Assembly: GCA_028865345.1 (NCBI GenBank)
Contig: JAGWKL010000002.1
Coordinates: 128,665-192,664 of the forward strand
Origin: Candidatus Omnitrophota bacterium
Lineage (GTDB): Bacteria > Omnitrophota > Gorgyraeia > Zapsychrales > Fredricksoniimonadaceae
Direction: 5' to 3'
DNA length: 64,000 nt
Part shown: in pieces, positions 19,067-28,830 of the stretch
How positions within the stretch are numbered: the stretch's first letter is position 1
How the letters are laid out: the number at the start of each line of letters is the position of its first letter
Made by a program: the position numbers and the translations under genes
Notes under the pieces: model-generated
Databases searched by the model: none
Seen by the model: the letters and a program-made list of their open reading frames with translations, nothing else
What the model was told of the DNA's origin: nothing

Positions 19067-22000
19067 TTAACTCAAAAAAACATCGATACGATCAACAGCC
19101 CCCTGCCGGACATCCCGGGCATAAGGGGCGTTTAAAGTACTGCCATCGAACTCCACCCGGCGGCGGTCAGGATAGGTCAACACGATCTTTTGCGCGCTGA
19201 CGCCCTGATTTCCATAAGTATCTTTCATTTGGGGGTTATGATACGTAATCATGGTCTTACCGAACAACTTAAAAGCATAGGTGTGTGCCGCAAACGGGCC
19301 CTTGGCTTTCCGGGTGAATAACCACGACGGCAACAAGGGCCTAAAGGTGAGCGCCAGCCTGCCGTGTTTATCCAGGACAAAAGGCCTGGTGCCCATGTTC
19401 ATGATAAGCCACATATGCAAAAACTCAGCTGTGCTGCCTGAAAGCCTGGCCACAAAACCCTGACCGTGCAGGTCCTTATCTTCATGGGCTGAAGAAACGA
19501 TAAAAGAAGAATTCTGCAGGATGCTGCGGCCATAAACCTGCGGATCCAAGAACGGGACCAGGGCTTCGCGAATCTCTGCGAAGAGTTCTTCCGCCAGGCC
19601 GCTGCGAAGGAGCTCGAGATAATATTTATATTCCATATGGAGCCATATGGACCCGTTCTCAAGCCATCCGGCAGGAAAAATACGGGTACGGCCGATCTCG
19701 TCGGGTTCTTTGGACAAGTCCGCATTGACCTTGTAAGCCCGAAGCGCACGGTCATACAAGGGGCTCGAACGGACCGCTTTATAAACGGCTTTCGCCTCGG
19801 GAAAGCCGTTGCCCGCCCTCATAGCATGCACAAAACCCTCTAAAAATAAAGGCAGATCATGGCGCCTGAAGGTCTTGGCACGGACATGCTGGCCATGGTG
19901 TGATTTATCCAAAAGATCGTATTCAATGACTTCATGGGTAAAATAAGTGGCGAAAAGGCCGTTGTCGTACCGGGATTTGGTTGCGGCCATGCTGCACCTT
20001 TCCATGATACCATCCAGGAATTTCTTGATTTCACCGATGGACAAAGACCTTTCCTTTCCATCGATCCCGTAACGGACGGTTTGACGGAAATGCTCTTTGA
20101 GGTCAGTGGCCTTTTGCCAGTATTTTAAAGGATCGGCTTCCGTAGACAGAACGTGGATGAGCCCCTGTATAAAATCCGCCAATTCCTGGAACACCTCGAC
20201 GGTAGTTTGATCGTCCAATCTTGATTGCCGTATGGCCTCTTTGACAAAAACAGCAAACCGTTTGAGCTCAAAAGTTTCGGAAATCGACGAGCCCAGCAAG
20301 CCGGGCAAGCCATTAAGGGCGTCATACCAATTGGGTTTATTGGCCTCCATTTCGATCCCGATGCCGCTGGGATCAAGACTTGCGGCTTTATTGGCCAACA
20401 GACAAATCAATTTGACCAAAAGAATGGTCGTATATACTTCACCCTGGCCGTTGGCAGCCCTTAATTTATACCCTTTGGCCCTGGCCTTCACCTCTTTATC
20501 GTGCTCGGCCAGGGAATGGTATTGCCTCACCCCGACAGGAGTCAAAACCAGGCGCGCGTCCCTCGGCAGCACATAAAAATCGTTCAAAAAGAAATGAAAC
20601 ACTTTCTTTTCCCAGAAGATCTCTCTTAAATTTTCCGGGTAAAGCCTTAAGTAACTTTCAATAAGGTCCAGATTATAGGTCCAGTGGTCGGTCCAAAAAC
20701 CTTCACCCGGTTCCACAGATTCATGTTTAACGCAAGCCCCCAGGACCTTTGTCAGGAAATCAACGGGCTTGGCCTTAATAGGGACTTCCCGTAATATCAA
20801 TTTCAACAGGTCTCCCGGCATGAAACCTTTTTTAAGCATCTCTTTGATCTTGTCCGCTCCCTGGACAATACCGAATGCGTTCAACAACCCATGGACCATC
20901 CCCTCATCCTTAATGACAAAAAAGGTGCCCTTGATGATCAACGGATTGTATCCGTCGGCCTGGATCAAATTCAAAAAATCGATGAGACTGCTGTCCTTAA
21001 CGTCCCTATTAAACCAGATATCGTTGCGGCGGTTCTGGTTGACGTCGCGGTAGTTGCCGTTGCCCTGGGACAGGAAGGTGGGGGCCAGCATGAAGAAATT
21101 GTAATCGCGCTCCAGGTCTCCGTGCTTGCGCCCGTAAACATTGAAGACGCAAGGTCCCTGCGCGCTTTGCAGGGTGACAGGCAGACCGCCGCGCAAGACA
21201 TTGTCCATAAAGTTCTGACCGCAATACTGGTTGAATTCATCAGAGGAACTGTGGGTAAAACAATGGTCCCTGATCCCGTCAATGATCTGCCGGTTAAGCC
21301 CGGCCTTGGTTTCTATAAACTTAGCGGCCGTAGCTTTTTTGACCACTTTTTTCAACTCCGTCAGATCGTGGGCAAATCCGACGAGGCTCGCGAAAGAATG
21401 CCTCTTGCCCCCCGCCAATGAAAAACGGCAGACGCTCATCGCCGACGGCGTGCGGTTGGATGTTTCCTGGAGGGCCGGCAGTAAAAAATTCTTTTGGGTA
21501 ATGAAATTCTCTGGCACCAGGAAATCGCTGGCGGCGCCAAAGACAACGGACGCCTCCACCACCACATCCAAAAGTTTGGCCGTCGACTCATCAAAGGCAA
21601 AATAAAAATTACCCTCTTTAATGGGGGTAACCTGCGGGGTGTCAGCCACCTCTACTTTTAGCTGATAAAAAGGCGCTTTATTGCCGACATTTTGCACCTT
21701 TGACCAGGCCTCCACCGTACGGCTCATGTTTTTGGCAAGCCAATCCTTAAGACCATAGGGATTGATAACAGGCAGGCCGTCCACACAACTGAAATCCACC
21801 CTTCTGCGGCCTATATTCTCGAAAGTCACACGGCGCACCAGGGCCGCAAAAGGCTCCTGTGGCATAGTGAAGTAATTGACAACCGTCTTGATCCCCAAGG
21901 TGTTGTTGACCTCTTCAATGGTCAGGTCATGGGCGGTGATCAGCATGCGTTGACGGATCTTATAAGGCGAAACCAGACTGTTGTCAAAAGGCTCATAAAA

Positions 22001-22279
22001 CCGCTGCGTGCCGCCGGATCCCACTTTCAAGAAAGTCCTGAAGCCCCGGATGGAACATATCCGGGGGGCTTTATTGGCCGGATAGAATTCCATAATGGCC
22101 CTGTCTTTGGATTCGATGCCGAAAGAGCAGATGGCCTGGGCCCGGTTGACATAAAAGGCCCACATGGGGATCCCGTACAACCCCGCAACGCCTGGAAAGA
22201 AATCCGAAAACAATTTGGCGTGCTGGTAGTCTTCAATGACAAAAGCGCCGCTTGCGTCCAAATAATACGGCTTATTCAT
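19067..22279 (-). CDS. Large conserved protein, putative (alpha/alpha)6-barrel glycoside phosphorylase/hydrolase-like
   Basis: About 1,070 aa with no signal peptide. Contains a WxDxLN-type motif (NWYDALNG) reminiscent of GH94/GH65 catalytic-acid regions. The start is MNKPYYLD, preceded by a GGAGAGAGGGA RBS. The functional call is tentative. Confidence 0.75.
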   Translation of the reverse strand: MNKPYYLDASGAFVIEDYQHAKLFSDFFPGVAGLYGIPMWAFYVNRAQAICSFGIESKDRAIMEFYPANKAPRICSIRGFRTFLKVGSGGTQRFYEPFDNSLVSPYKIRQRMLITAHDLTIEEVNNTLGIKTVVNYFTMPQEPFAALVRRVTFENIGRRRVDFSCVDGLPVINPYGLKDWLAKNMSRTVEAWSKVQNVGNKAPFYQLKVEVADTPQVTPIKEGNFYFAFDESTAKLLDVVVEASVVFGAASDFLVPENFITQKNFLLPALQETSNRTPSAMSVCRFSLAGGKRHSFASLVGFAHDLTELKKVVKKATAAKFIETKAGLNRQIIDGIRDHCFTHSSSDEFNQYCGQNFMDNVLRGGLPVTLQSAQGPCVFNVYGRKHGDLERDYNFFMLAPTFLSQGNGNYRDVNQNRRNDIWFNRDVKDSSLIDFLNLIQADGYNPLIIKGTFFVIKDEGMVHGLLNAFGIVQGADKIKEMLKKGFMPGDLLKLILREVPIKAKPVDFLTKVLGACVKHESVEPGEGFWTDHWTYNLDLIESYLRLYPENLREIFWEKKVFHFFLNDFYVLPRDARLVLTPVGVRQYHSLAEHDKEVKARAKGYKLRAANGQGEVYTTILLVKLICLLANKAASLDPSGIGIEMEANKPNWYDALNGLPGLLGSSISETFELKRFAVFVKEAIRQSRLDDQTTVEVFQELADFIQGLIHVLSTEADPLKYWQKATDLKEHFRQTVRYGIDGKERSLSIGEIKKFLDGIMERCSMAATKSRYDNGLFATYFTHEVIEYDLLDKSHHGQHVRAKTFRRHDLPLFLEGFVHAMRAGNGFPEAKAVYKAVRSSPLYDRALRAYKVNADLSKEPDEIGRTRIFPAGWLENGSIWLHMEYKYYLELLRSGLAEELFAEIREALVPFLDPQVYGRSILQNSSFIVSSAHEDKDLHGQGFVARLSGSTAEFLHMWLIMNMGTRPFVLDKHGRLALTFRPLLPSWLFTRKAKGPFAAHTYAFKLFGKTMITYHNPQMKDTYGNQGVSAQKIVLTYPDRRRVEFDGSTLNAPYARDVRQGAVDRIDVFLS

Positions 22280-23096
22280 ACAAAGTCCCTCTCTCCATTC
22301 TTCCCCCCTCAAACCTGAAACGCCTGAATAAATTATAATAACCTGAGAATTTAAACCACAAAATCAACCCTGAATACCTGTCATCCGTATTATTCATATG
22401 GATGCGTTTAAGCTCGTAGAAATCCCTGTCAAACCTGTCCTTGCCCCTGTTGGTTGTGACAGCGGCCTTAAATCCCGCCTGCGCCACCAGGCGCTTGATG
22501 TTCTCGGTAAAACCCCCATCCGGATAGCAAAAATAATCGATAGGGTGCCCTAAATGTCCCTCAATGATCCTTTTACTGCCAGCTATCTCGTTTTCCTGCT
22601 GGGCCAGGGTCAAACGGGGTAAATACGCGTGGTGCCGCGTGTGCGCCCCAAAAGAAATGTCGTGTTTTTCCATTTCTTTGATCTCGTCCCATGTAAGGCA
22701 GCCCGGTTTGCCCACCCAATCGGACACCAAAAATATCGTCGCAGGGAAACCGTACTTTTTGAGGATGGGAAAGGCGTATTTATAATTGTCCTCATAACCG
22801 TCATCCACTGTTATGACAATGGTATTCCGGGAGAACACCTGTCCTTTCTTCAGGCCCGTGACCAGATCATCTAAACTGATCACCTGAAAGCCGTGGCGTT
22901 TCATAAAATTCAACTGGTAATCAAAAGACTTTGAACTGACGTCGTTGAGGCGCCACTTGACTCCGGAAGGTATCCCCACATGATGGTACATCAGGACAGG
23001 GACAACATAGCGGTCACGCAGCCAAAAAGTAAATCCAATGGCTGAAATCACGATGACGGCGAGCAAGGCCAGAAAGATATTTCTTAAACTCCTCAT
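22272..23096 (-). CDS. Polysaccharide deacetylase (NodB-homology) family protein, membrane-anchored
   Basis: N-terminal TM segment. NodB motifs (TVDDGYEDNY; HTRHH). Confidence 0.85.
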   Translation of the reverse strand: MRSLRNIFLALLAVIVISAIGFTFWLRDRYVVPVLMYHHVGIPSGVKWRLNDVSSKSFDYQLNFMKRHGFQVISLDDLVTGLKKGQVFSRNTIVITVDDGYEDNYKYAFPILKKYGFPATIFLVSDWVGKPGCLTWDEIKEMEKHDISFGAHTRHHAYLPRLTLAQQENEIAGSKRIIEGHLGHPIDYFCYPDGGFTENIKRLVAQAGFKAAVTTNRGKDRFDRDFYELKRIHMNNTDDRYSGLILWFKFSGYYNLFRRFRFEGGRMERGTLYE

Positions 23097-23102
23097 GATC
23101 CA

Positions 23103-23555
23103 CTATATTCCGGTTAAACGTTCTTTAACGAGCCTGCTTACCGTTTGGTTGTCCGCCTGGCCCCCGGTGCGGCCCAGGACGTCCTTCATAACACGGCCCA
23201 TGTCCTTCAGAGAGGCCGCGCCGCTTGCCGCAATCACCTCCTCGATGATTTTCTTCAATTGTTCCGTCGACATTTCAGGCGGAAGATATTTCTTTAATAG
23301 GACCAGTTCTTTTTCTTCCTTCTCAGCCAGGTCTGCCCTACCGCCGGCTTTAAATTGAGCGATGGAATCAAGGCGCTGTTTGGACTGCTTTTTGATGACG
23401 GCGATGACATCCTCATCGGGGACCGCTTCCAGGCGTTTATCCACCTTGACATTCTTGATCTGCGCGCGTAAGAAACTTAACACAGAAGAAGTGAAGGAAT
23501 CCCTGGCTTTCATGGCCTGCACATAATCCTGGCTGATTTTGTCTTCCAATGACAT
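23103..23555 (-). CDS. GatB/YqeY domain protein
   Basis: About 150 aa spanning a full YqeY-like domain. Confidence 0.8.
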   Translation of the reverse strand: MSLEDKISQDYVQAMKARDSFTSSVLSFLRAQIKNVKVDKRLEAVPDEDVIAVIKKQSKQRLDSIAQFKAGGRADLAEKEEKELVLLKKYLPPEMSTEQLKKIIEEVIAASGAASLKDMGRVMKDVLGRTGGQADNQTVSRLVKERLTGI

Positions 23556-23622
23556 AATTTCTTTCTCCTTTTAAATCTTTATATATTAACGATTTTATGA
23601 CGGGATTTCAACAGTTATACAT

Positions 23623-23660
23623 AAAAAGGGGACACTTTAAAAGTATCCCCTTTTTAAAAA
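23623..23660 (-). terminator. Bidirectional rho-independent terminator
   Basis: AAAAAGGGGA-loop-TCCCCTTTTT. Its symmetric A/T flanks end the coiled-coil gene transcript before the yqeY operon. Confidence 0.6.
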
Positions 23661-23688
23661 CCTTTACACTCCCGGAAGTATAAAAGTT

Positions 23689-24489
23689 TTACTGCAAAAC
23701 TTTGACATTAATGGCAAAAGATTTCTTGGCCGCTGCCGGGTTCTCCGGCCGGCCGTTACGCACCAGGAACCCGTCATTGCCGTTTAAAACTGCCAGGCGA
23801 TCTTTCTGTTTTTGGGCAGCGACCCTGGCCAGATAAGCTTCATGCCTCAGAGCACTCATATGGTCTTTGACCTCTCTGATCTTCTTTTGGAACAAGGTGA
23901 TCAAAGACCGGCCTTGCTGCGGATTGGAAAATTGAGCATTAAAAGCGCGCAATTGATCCTTCAAATCTTTCAACTGAAAACTGATTAAAGAATCCCTGTC
24001 TTTCAAGGTCTTGATTTTAGCCTGTAATTCACCGATATTCTGCACATTTTCCGTGGTACGCAAATTATCCAGGCCCTGCAATTCCAGCCTTAACCTGGTA
24101 TTTTCCGCCTGGGCCTGACCCAGCATACCTTCAGTATCGGCAAGAGTGTTCCGCGTAGAGTTCAATTGGGCCGTCACCTGATCCAACTGGCGGTTAACAA
24201 TCTCCAGCTTGCGGGTCGTTTCTTCCAACTCAACCTTGGTTTCCTTATATTTTCCTACATATGTCATGTAGTTGGCCGACGCATGATCGCTGGCGGTCAA
24301 GGCCATACCGGTTGACTGCGAAAGGATTTTATAATTCTGGTGCTGTAGGCCGAGCACATACGCCGTCAAGGCGATCATGACCAGGGAAAGAACGATCCCC
24401 ACTATTCTTTTCAAATGGCCGTTTTGGTGCTGGGCATCCAGGTCCTGGTCGAATTTTGGTTCCTGCTGATTCAATAATGTCTCTGCCAC
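23689..24489 (-). CDS. Coiled-coil membrane protein, hypothetical
   Basis: One TM segment (IVGIVLSLVMIALTAYVL) followed by a long heptad-rich region. Confidence 0.6.
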   Translation of the reverse strand: MAETLLNQQEPKFDQDLDAQHQNGHLKRIVGIVLSLVMIALTAYVLGLQHQNYKILSQSTGMALTASDHASANYMTYVGKYKETKVELEETTRKLEIVNRQLDQVTAQLNSTRNTLADTEGMLGQAQAENTRLRLELQGLDNLRTTENVQNIGELQAKIKTLKDRDSLISFQLKDLKDQLRAFNAQFSNPQQGRSLITLFQKKIREVKDHMSALRHEAYLARVAAQKQKDRLAVLNGNDGFLVRNGRPENPAAAKKSFAINVKVLQ

Positions 24490-24506
24490 CTTCCCACCTC
24501 CTCGCG

Positions 24507-24887
24507 CTAAAGCGCCAAATTCCCTAAAATTTTTGCATCTCCGGCTTCACACAACTGATTGATCTTCACCTCGAGCCATCGCTGCAGGCTGCCATCCGGT
24601 TTGTCCGCTAAAAATTGTATCCCGCACAAAAACCTTTGCGGGGAAGCGCCGATACGCTGAAACCACATGATCTTCCCTTTTTTGGCGGCAAAGGGTAAGG
24701 CTTCTGTCCCTGATTCAATGGACAAAACACAATTGTCCGACGGCTTGAACACCTTGTCCGTCTGCAAAAGCAGGCCTGAAGCTGAAATATTGACCACAGT
24801 CCCTTCACCCGAGACGTTCTGGTCCGCAACCTTCCAGCTCACGTCTAAAAATTCCCGCAAACGAAAATGTCGACGGTTCTCAAACAT
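24507..24887 (-). CDS. PilZ-domain protein (c-di-GMP binding)
   Basis: RRHFR...NISASG, matching the RxxxR/DxSxGG-type PilZ motifs. Confidence 0.7.
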   Translation of the reverse strand: MFENRRHFRLREFLDVSWKVADQNVSGEGTVVNISASGLLLQTDKVFKPSDNCVLSIESGTEALPFAAKKGKIMWFQRIGASPQRFLCGIQFLADKPDGSLQRWLEVKINQLCEAGDAKILGNLAL

Positions 24888-24925
24888 ACCCAGCTTATTT
24901 TACCGCACAATACAAAAAGGGCAAG

Positions 24926-24962
24926 AAAAAAAGGCCTGTCCCCCCGGCCCCGGGGACAGGCC
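24926..24962 (-). terminator. Rho-independent terminator formed by REP-like element (family copy d)
   Basis: Perfect 11-bp stem GGCCTGTCCCC/GGGGACAGGCC. On the minus strand it is followed by a T7 run and lies directly after the Smr gene. Confidence 0.65.
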
Positions 24963-24967
24963 GGCAA

Positions 24968-25219
24968 CTACCTGAAATGGACAAAAATCCTGCCGAAATT
25001 CTTGTCGTCTTTCTCAATGCGGTGGTACAAAGCCTTGATATGTTTCTGCTCTAAAAAACGTAAAACATGCTTTTTAAGCTGCCCGCTGCCCTTGCCTGGA
25101 ATGATTTCAACCAAGGCTATCCCCTTGTCCACCGCTTCCCGGATCACACGGTTCAGTTCGGCTTCAATGGCGTCTCCGCGGTTAAAAATATCATGCAAAT
25201 CCAGTTTGATCTTAGCCAT
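24968..25219 (-). CDS. Smr-domain protein
   Basis: LDLHD...IPGKGSG Smr signature. I place the start at MAKIKLDLHD. Confidence 0.65.
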   Translation of the reverse strand: MAKIKLDLHDIFNRGDAIEAELNRVIREAVDKGIALVEIIPGKGSGQLKKHVLRFLEQKHIKALYHRIEKDDKNFGRIFVHFR

Positions 25220-25835
25220 GATAAGCTCCCTTAATGGTTTTGGCCATGTCCTCTGCCGTATCTTCAGGATGGAAAAGATCGGATGTTTTACCATGGGCAT
25301 CTATCAAATAAATATAATCCGAATGGTTAAACATATACCCCAATGCCGAAGAACTGGATTCCACCCTCTCATAAGAGGCTCCATACTTATGGACCACAGC
25401 ATCCACCTGCTGTTTGGTCCCGGTTAAGCCAATAGCATTGATATTGAAATACTTCAGATATGCTTTGAGCTTTTGCGGCGTGTCCCGCCGGGGATCAATG
25501 GTGACAAATACGGTCAGGATATGGGGCCGCAACTTCTTGCCTAAAAGCGCATAGACACGGGCCAACTTGGAAAGTGTCGTGGGGCAGACATCCGGGCACG
25601 TAGTGTACCCGAAAAACAAAAGAACGATTTGCCCGCGGTGGTCTTTCAAATGAAAAATCTTCCCGTTATCGTCATGAAGGGTAAAGTCCCTTTGAGTGTT
25701 CAATGCGCTATAAGCTTCGGCATTATCGGCAGCAGGTGCCGTTTCCTGCTTCCCGCATCCTGCCCAGGAGAAACAAAACCCCAGAAATAAGATAGAAAAA
25801 ATTACTTTATCGGCTTTTAAATTCGGCATGATCAT
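25212..25835 (-). CDS. SCO1/SenC copper chaperone (thioredoxin fold)
   Basis: CPDVCPTT CxxxC motif plus a downstream His. Lipoprotein-like signal (AGC). Confidence 0.85.
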   Translation of the reverse strand: MIMPNLKADKVIFSILFLGFCFSWAGCGKQETAPAADNAEAYSALNTQRDFTLHDDNGKIFHLKDHRGQIVLLFFGYTTCPDVCPTTLSKLARVYALLGKKLRPHILTVFVTIDPRRDTPQKLKAYLKYFNINAIGLTGTKQQVDAVVHKYGASYERVESSSSALGYMFNHSDYIYLIDAHGKTSDLFHPEDTAEDMAKTIKGAYHG

Positions 25836-26329
25836 TGGGACATCCTCATTCCCGGCATAGAGGAAGGCTTCTGTTTTCCCTGCATTTTGACCTCTGCGTT
25901 GACAATGATGGAAGCCCCTCCCTTAAAATGAAGCGTGACCGGCACCATTTCACCTTTATGGACCGGTTTTTTCAGATTGATCAACATGATATGATAACCT
26001 CCCGGCTGTAACGTCACCTGTGACCGGGCCGGAATGGCTATCTGCTTGACCATGGCCATTGTCATCATCCCATTGGCCTCGCTCATCCGATGGATCTCAA
26101 CAGCGCCTGCGATATCACTCGATGCCGACACCAAAACAACTTCCTTGGAAGACGTGTTGGTTATGGTCATATACGCCGCCGTTGTCGTCTGCGTAGGCGG
26201 CATGGCCTGCACCCAGGCATGGCTGACGGAAACTCCTTGGGCCGCGTGGGCTTCATAAGCAAGAAAAATCACGGCTATCGCCGCCGACATAAAAAACAAT
26301 AAATTTCTGGTATTCATAGATTCCCTCAT
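25832..26329 (-). CDS. Periplasmic copper chaperone PCu(A)C (DUF461)
   Basis: Signal peptide. HxnM...HxM copper-binding pattern (HRMSEANGMM...HIMLI). Confidence 0.75.
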   Translation of the reverse strand: MRESMNTRNLLFFMSAAIAVIFLAYEAHAAQGVSVSHAWVQAMPPTQTTTAAYMTITNTSSKEVVLVSASSDIAGAVEIHRMSEANGMMTMAMVKQIAIPARSQVTLQPGGYHIMLINLKKPVHKGEMVPVTLHFKGGASIIVNAEVKMQGKQKPSSMPGMRMSQ

Positions 26330-26727
26330 TTCTTTTTTTGGCCCTCATGACGGACGCTCGCAGATGCCTGCAATGATTGCAGATAAGTGATGATCTGATT
26401 GACTTGTTTGGGCGGAACATGTTCGAAAGCAGGCATAATGCTGCTGTCTTCCTTGATTCCATATTCAATCGAACGCCTCATGCTGTCCCAATCGCTGCCA
26501 TGGTGGTATGTTTTGAGATCGTAAAAATCGGTCGGCGGCGGCACAAACTTTTGTGCATTTATGCCGTCGCCGCGGGCATCCCATCCATGACACAGCGCGC
26601 AACCGTAGGACAAATAAAGCTGCCTTCCTTTTTCGACCGCGGCAGGAGTGCCTGCCACGGCCCCTGTAATACTCCAAAACAAGAAAAACAATAAAGATAG
26701 GAAACGGACCATTGCGTCACCCTCCAA
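26326..26727 (-). CDS. Class I c-type cytochrome
   Basis: CALCHG heme-binding motif and a distal Met (IMPAF). Signal peptide present. Confidence 0.8.
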   Translation of the reverse strand: MEGDAMVRFLSLLFFLFWSITGAVAGTPAAVEKGRQLYLSYGCALCHGWDARGDGINAQKFVPPPTDFYDLKTYHHGSDWDSMRRSIEYGIKEDSSIMPAFEHVPPKQVNQIITYLQSLQASASVRHEGQKKK

Positions 26728-26797
26728 ACAATTCCACTAAGCTTTGCCACTGATTCGAAGTGCCGCTTTCCTTAATTTTCATCGTTGGGAGCGGCCT

Positions 26798-27715
26798 CTA
26801 AAATTTATAACTGACGACAACCTTGTAAAGGGACCCAGCTACCAGCTGATCGCCGTTGATATGTTGATAAACAGGAAACCCGACATCGAAGAACACCATG
26901 AACCTTTTATAATCCAATTCCAACCCTGGAGCAAGCAAAATACGCTCATAACCACTGTCTGCCGGGTTTGCGGCCCATCCTCTGTCCCGGGAACGGTAGG
27001 AATTTTCCACTTCTCCTATCGGAGTGACCCTGACGCTTCCTGCCGACAAGCCGTTATAATCAACACCGGCCACGGCATCGTCCTCGGTGCCGGGACGGTA
27101 TCCGCCCTGCGTCAAAAAAGGCTGGTCGAGTAAATTCTGGACAAAATAACCGACAGAAGCGCTTATGGCCCCGCGGTGATAGGCGCCCAACAATGCGTCG
27201 GTACTGCCGGTGCCAAGCTCTGTGTCCCGGTCGAAATTCGGATAGGTCCAGTCGCCTGTAGGCACCTTAAAGCCAAACTCAAGGCCGGTGGACATGTCCG
27301 CTGAAAAACCGGTATAAATGCCCTGGATGCGCATATCGCCGACGGCCGAATGCCGGAATGAAACAATGCCCCCTGCATCATCGGTGGCCTTGAAATAACG
27401 GTGGTCGTAAGGCAGATCCGCCTGAATGCCCCATTTGCGGTTAAACATATATTGAAAACCTGTATCCGTAAAACTGGTACGGATCCGCTTGTCGCTGTTA
27501 CCATCCGCAGACGCCTTGGAATCCTTGCTCCAATTACGATTTTGGTCCATAAAATCATACTCCGTAAAAACCCTCCCGCCCTGGCCTGACGGGAACATGG
27601 AGCTTGTCCCCACATTGAACACACCGCACCCGCAGGCGCAAGCCCAGGAAATGACCGGCATGAAATCAAGAAAAACAAACGTCGAAAATGATAATATAAG
27701 AAATATTTTACGCAT
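26798..27715 (-). CDS. Putative outer-membrane beta-barrel protein/porin
   Basis: Signal peptide, alternating amphipathic strands and a C-terminal aromatic residue (..SYKF). Function unknown. Confidence 0.55.
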   Translation of the reverse strand: MRKIFLILSFSTFVFLDFMPVISWACACGCGVFNVGTSSMFPSGQGGRVFTEYDFMDQNRNWSKDSKASADGNSDKRIRTSFTDTGFQYMFNRKWGIQADLPYDHRYFKATDDAGGIVSFRHSAVGDMRIQGIYTGFSADMSTGLEFGFKVPTGDWTYPNFDRDTELGTGSTDALLGAYHRGAISASVGYFVQNLLDQPFLTQGGYRPGTEDDAVAGVDYNGLSAGSVRVTPIGEVENSYRSRDRGWAANPADSGYERILLAPGLELDYKRFMVFFDVGFPVYQHINGDQLVAGSLYKVVVSYKF

Positions 27716-27789
27716 TTGATCCTCCCGGTTAATGACATAGAGAATCCTTCACGGAGCGGCAAGCAAAAGCGCTGCCGAAGGGCTCCATT

Positions 27790-27812
27790 GGCCTGTCCCC
27801 CAACTCGGAGAC
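27790..27812. repeat. Degenerate REP-like element copy (GCCTGTCCCCCAACTCGGAGAC)
   Basis: Sequence similarity to copies a, b and d. The stem is imperfect. Confidence 0.4.
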
Positions 27813-27827
27813 CTTAAGAAAATGCGC

Positions 27828-28193
27828 CTAAATTTTGGGAACGTACTCTGATGCGGCAGGGAAAGGATTATGATAAAGCAAGAAAGGGTCTTCAAAAACA
27901 GACGTTGATTGCAAACCCGGACCAACCATGGGATGAGATGAGACAAAATAATTGCTCCCGCCCATATTTTCTTTGTTGTTGGACGCCCCGGTCTTGAGCA
28001 CCACCCCATGCTCCATGGCCTTATCAGGCGCTTTAGGCAAGAAAATGCTGCACATACACATGGCCCGCTGGCCGCCGCAAAAAAGTTTTTGCTCAGACGG
28101 TTTTATAAAATACCCCAACGGCATGATCCAAAGGACAAACCCGGCAAGACATAATGACGGAAGGATTTTATGCATGGCAAATATTTTAAGCAA
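27828..28193 (-). CDS. Small Cys-rich membrane protein, hypothetical
   Basis: Its start lies 3 nt after the stop of the upstream gene, which suggests translational coupling. One TM segment and a CGGQRAMCMC motif. No clear RBS. Confidence 0.4.
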   Translation of the reverse strand: MLKIFAMHKILPSLCLAGFVLWIMPLGYFIKPSEQKLFCGGQRAMCMCSIFLPKAPDKAMEHGVVLKTGASNNKENMGGSNYFVSSHPMVGPGLQSTSVFEDPFLLYHNPFPAASEYVPKI

Positions 28194-28196
28194 CGG

Positions 28197-28799
28197 TTAA
28201 AAAATGCCAAAAAGTTTCTTTTTTTGCACTTCAAAGGCATCGGCCTTGATGCGGTATATCCCGGCGAACTCGCCGTCTTCAAACTTGGGGCCCACATTGA
28301 GGGTGCCGTAAATGGTGATGGGCTCGTTAAAATCATCGTCTGAAATGTTAAACCCTTTGGGATCCACGGTATCGCCGATCATCCATTGGTCGTAGCCCAG
28401 CATGGCGCAAAACAAACAAGACACCAACTCATCGGCAAATAAAAATTCCTTGGTGTTCTGGCCAAAACCTTGGCTCGCCAAAGGGATCACAAAGCCCGTA
28501 ACAGCCACCTTCTTACCGCTCAAATCCTGAATATCTTTAGGGATGGTCATGGGAACTTTTGCCGCCGGGGTGACATTGCCATCGGGATGTTCCACCGCCA
28601 CCGGAGGCGCGTAATTGAAGAAAAGCTCATCGAAGGTGACCACCTGGTAGCGTTGATGGTCCTTCTCGACGAACTTCAAAACCTGCGGCCCTCTTGGCGG
28701 AGGATGGACTTGCGAGCGCGCCGGATGCGCCGCTAAAAGGATGCAAACGCTTAAAAACACCCAGCGTAACACCTTCGGTCTTTCATTGATCTTAATCAT
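28197..28799 (-). CDS. Secreted hypothetical protein at end of znu operon
   Basis: Signal peptide (VFLSVCILLAAHPARS). Family not recognised. Confidence 0.6.
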   Translation of the reverse strand: MIKINERPKVLRWVFLSVCILLAAHPARSQVHPPPRGPQVLKFVEKDHQRYQVVTFDELFFNYAPPVAVEHPDGNVTPAAKVPMTIPKDIQDLSGKKVAVTGFVIPLASQGFGQNTKEFLFADELVSCLFCAMLGYDQWMIGDTVDPKGFNISDDDFNEPITIYGTLNVGPKFEDGEFAGIYRIKADAFEVQKKKLFGIF

Positions 28800-28830
28800 A
28801 ATGTCATTATAGTAAGCAGCAAATGACCTG

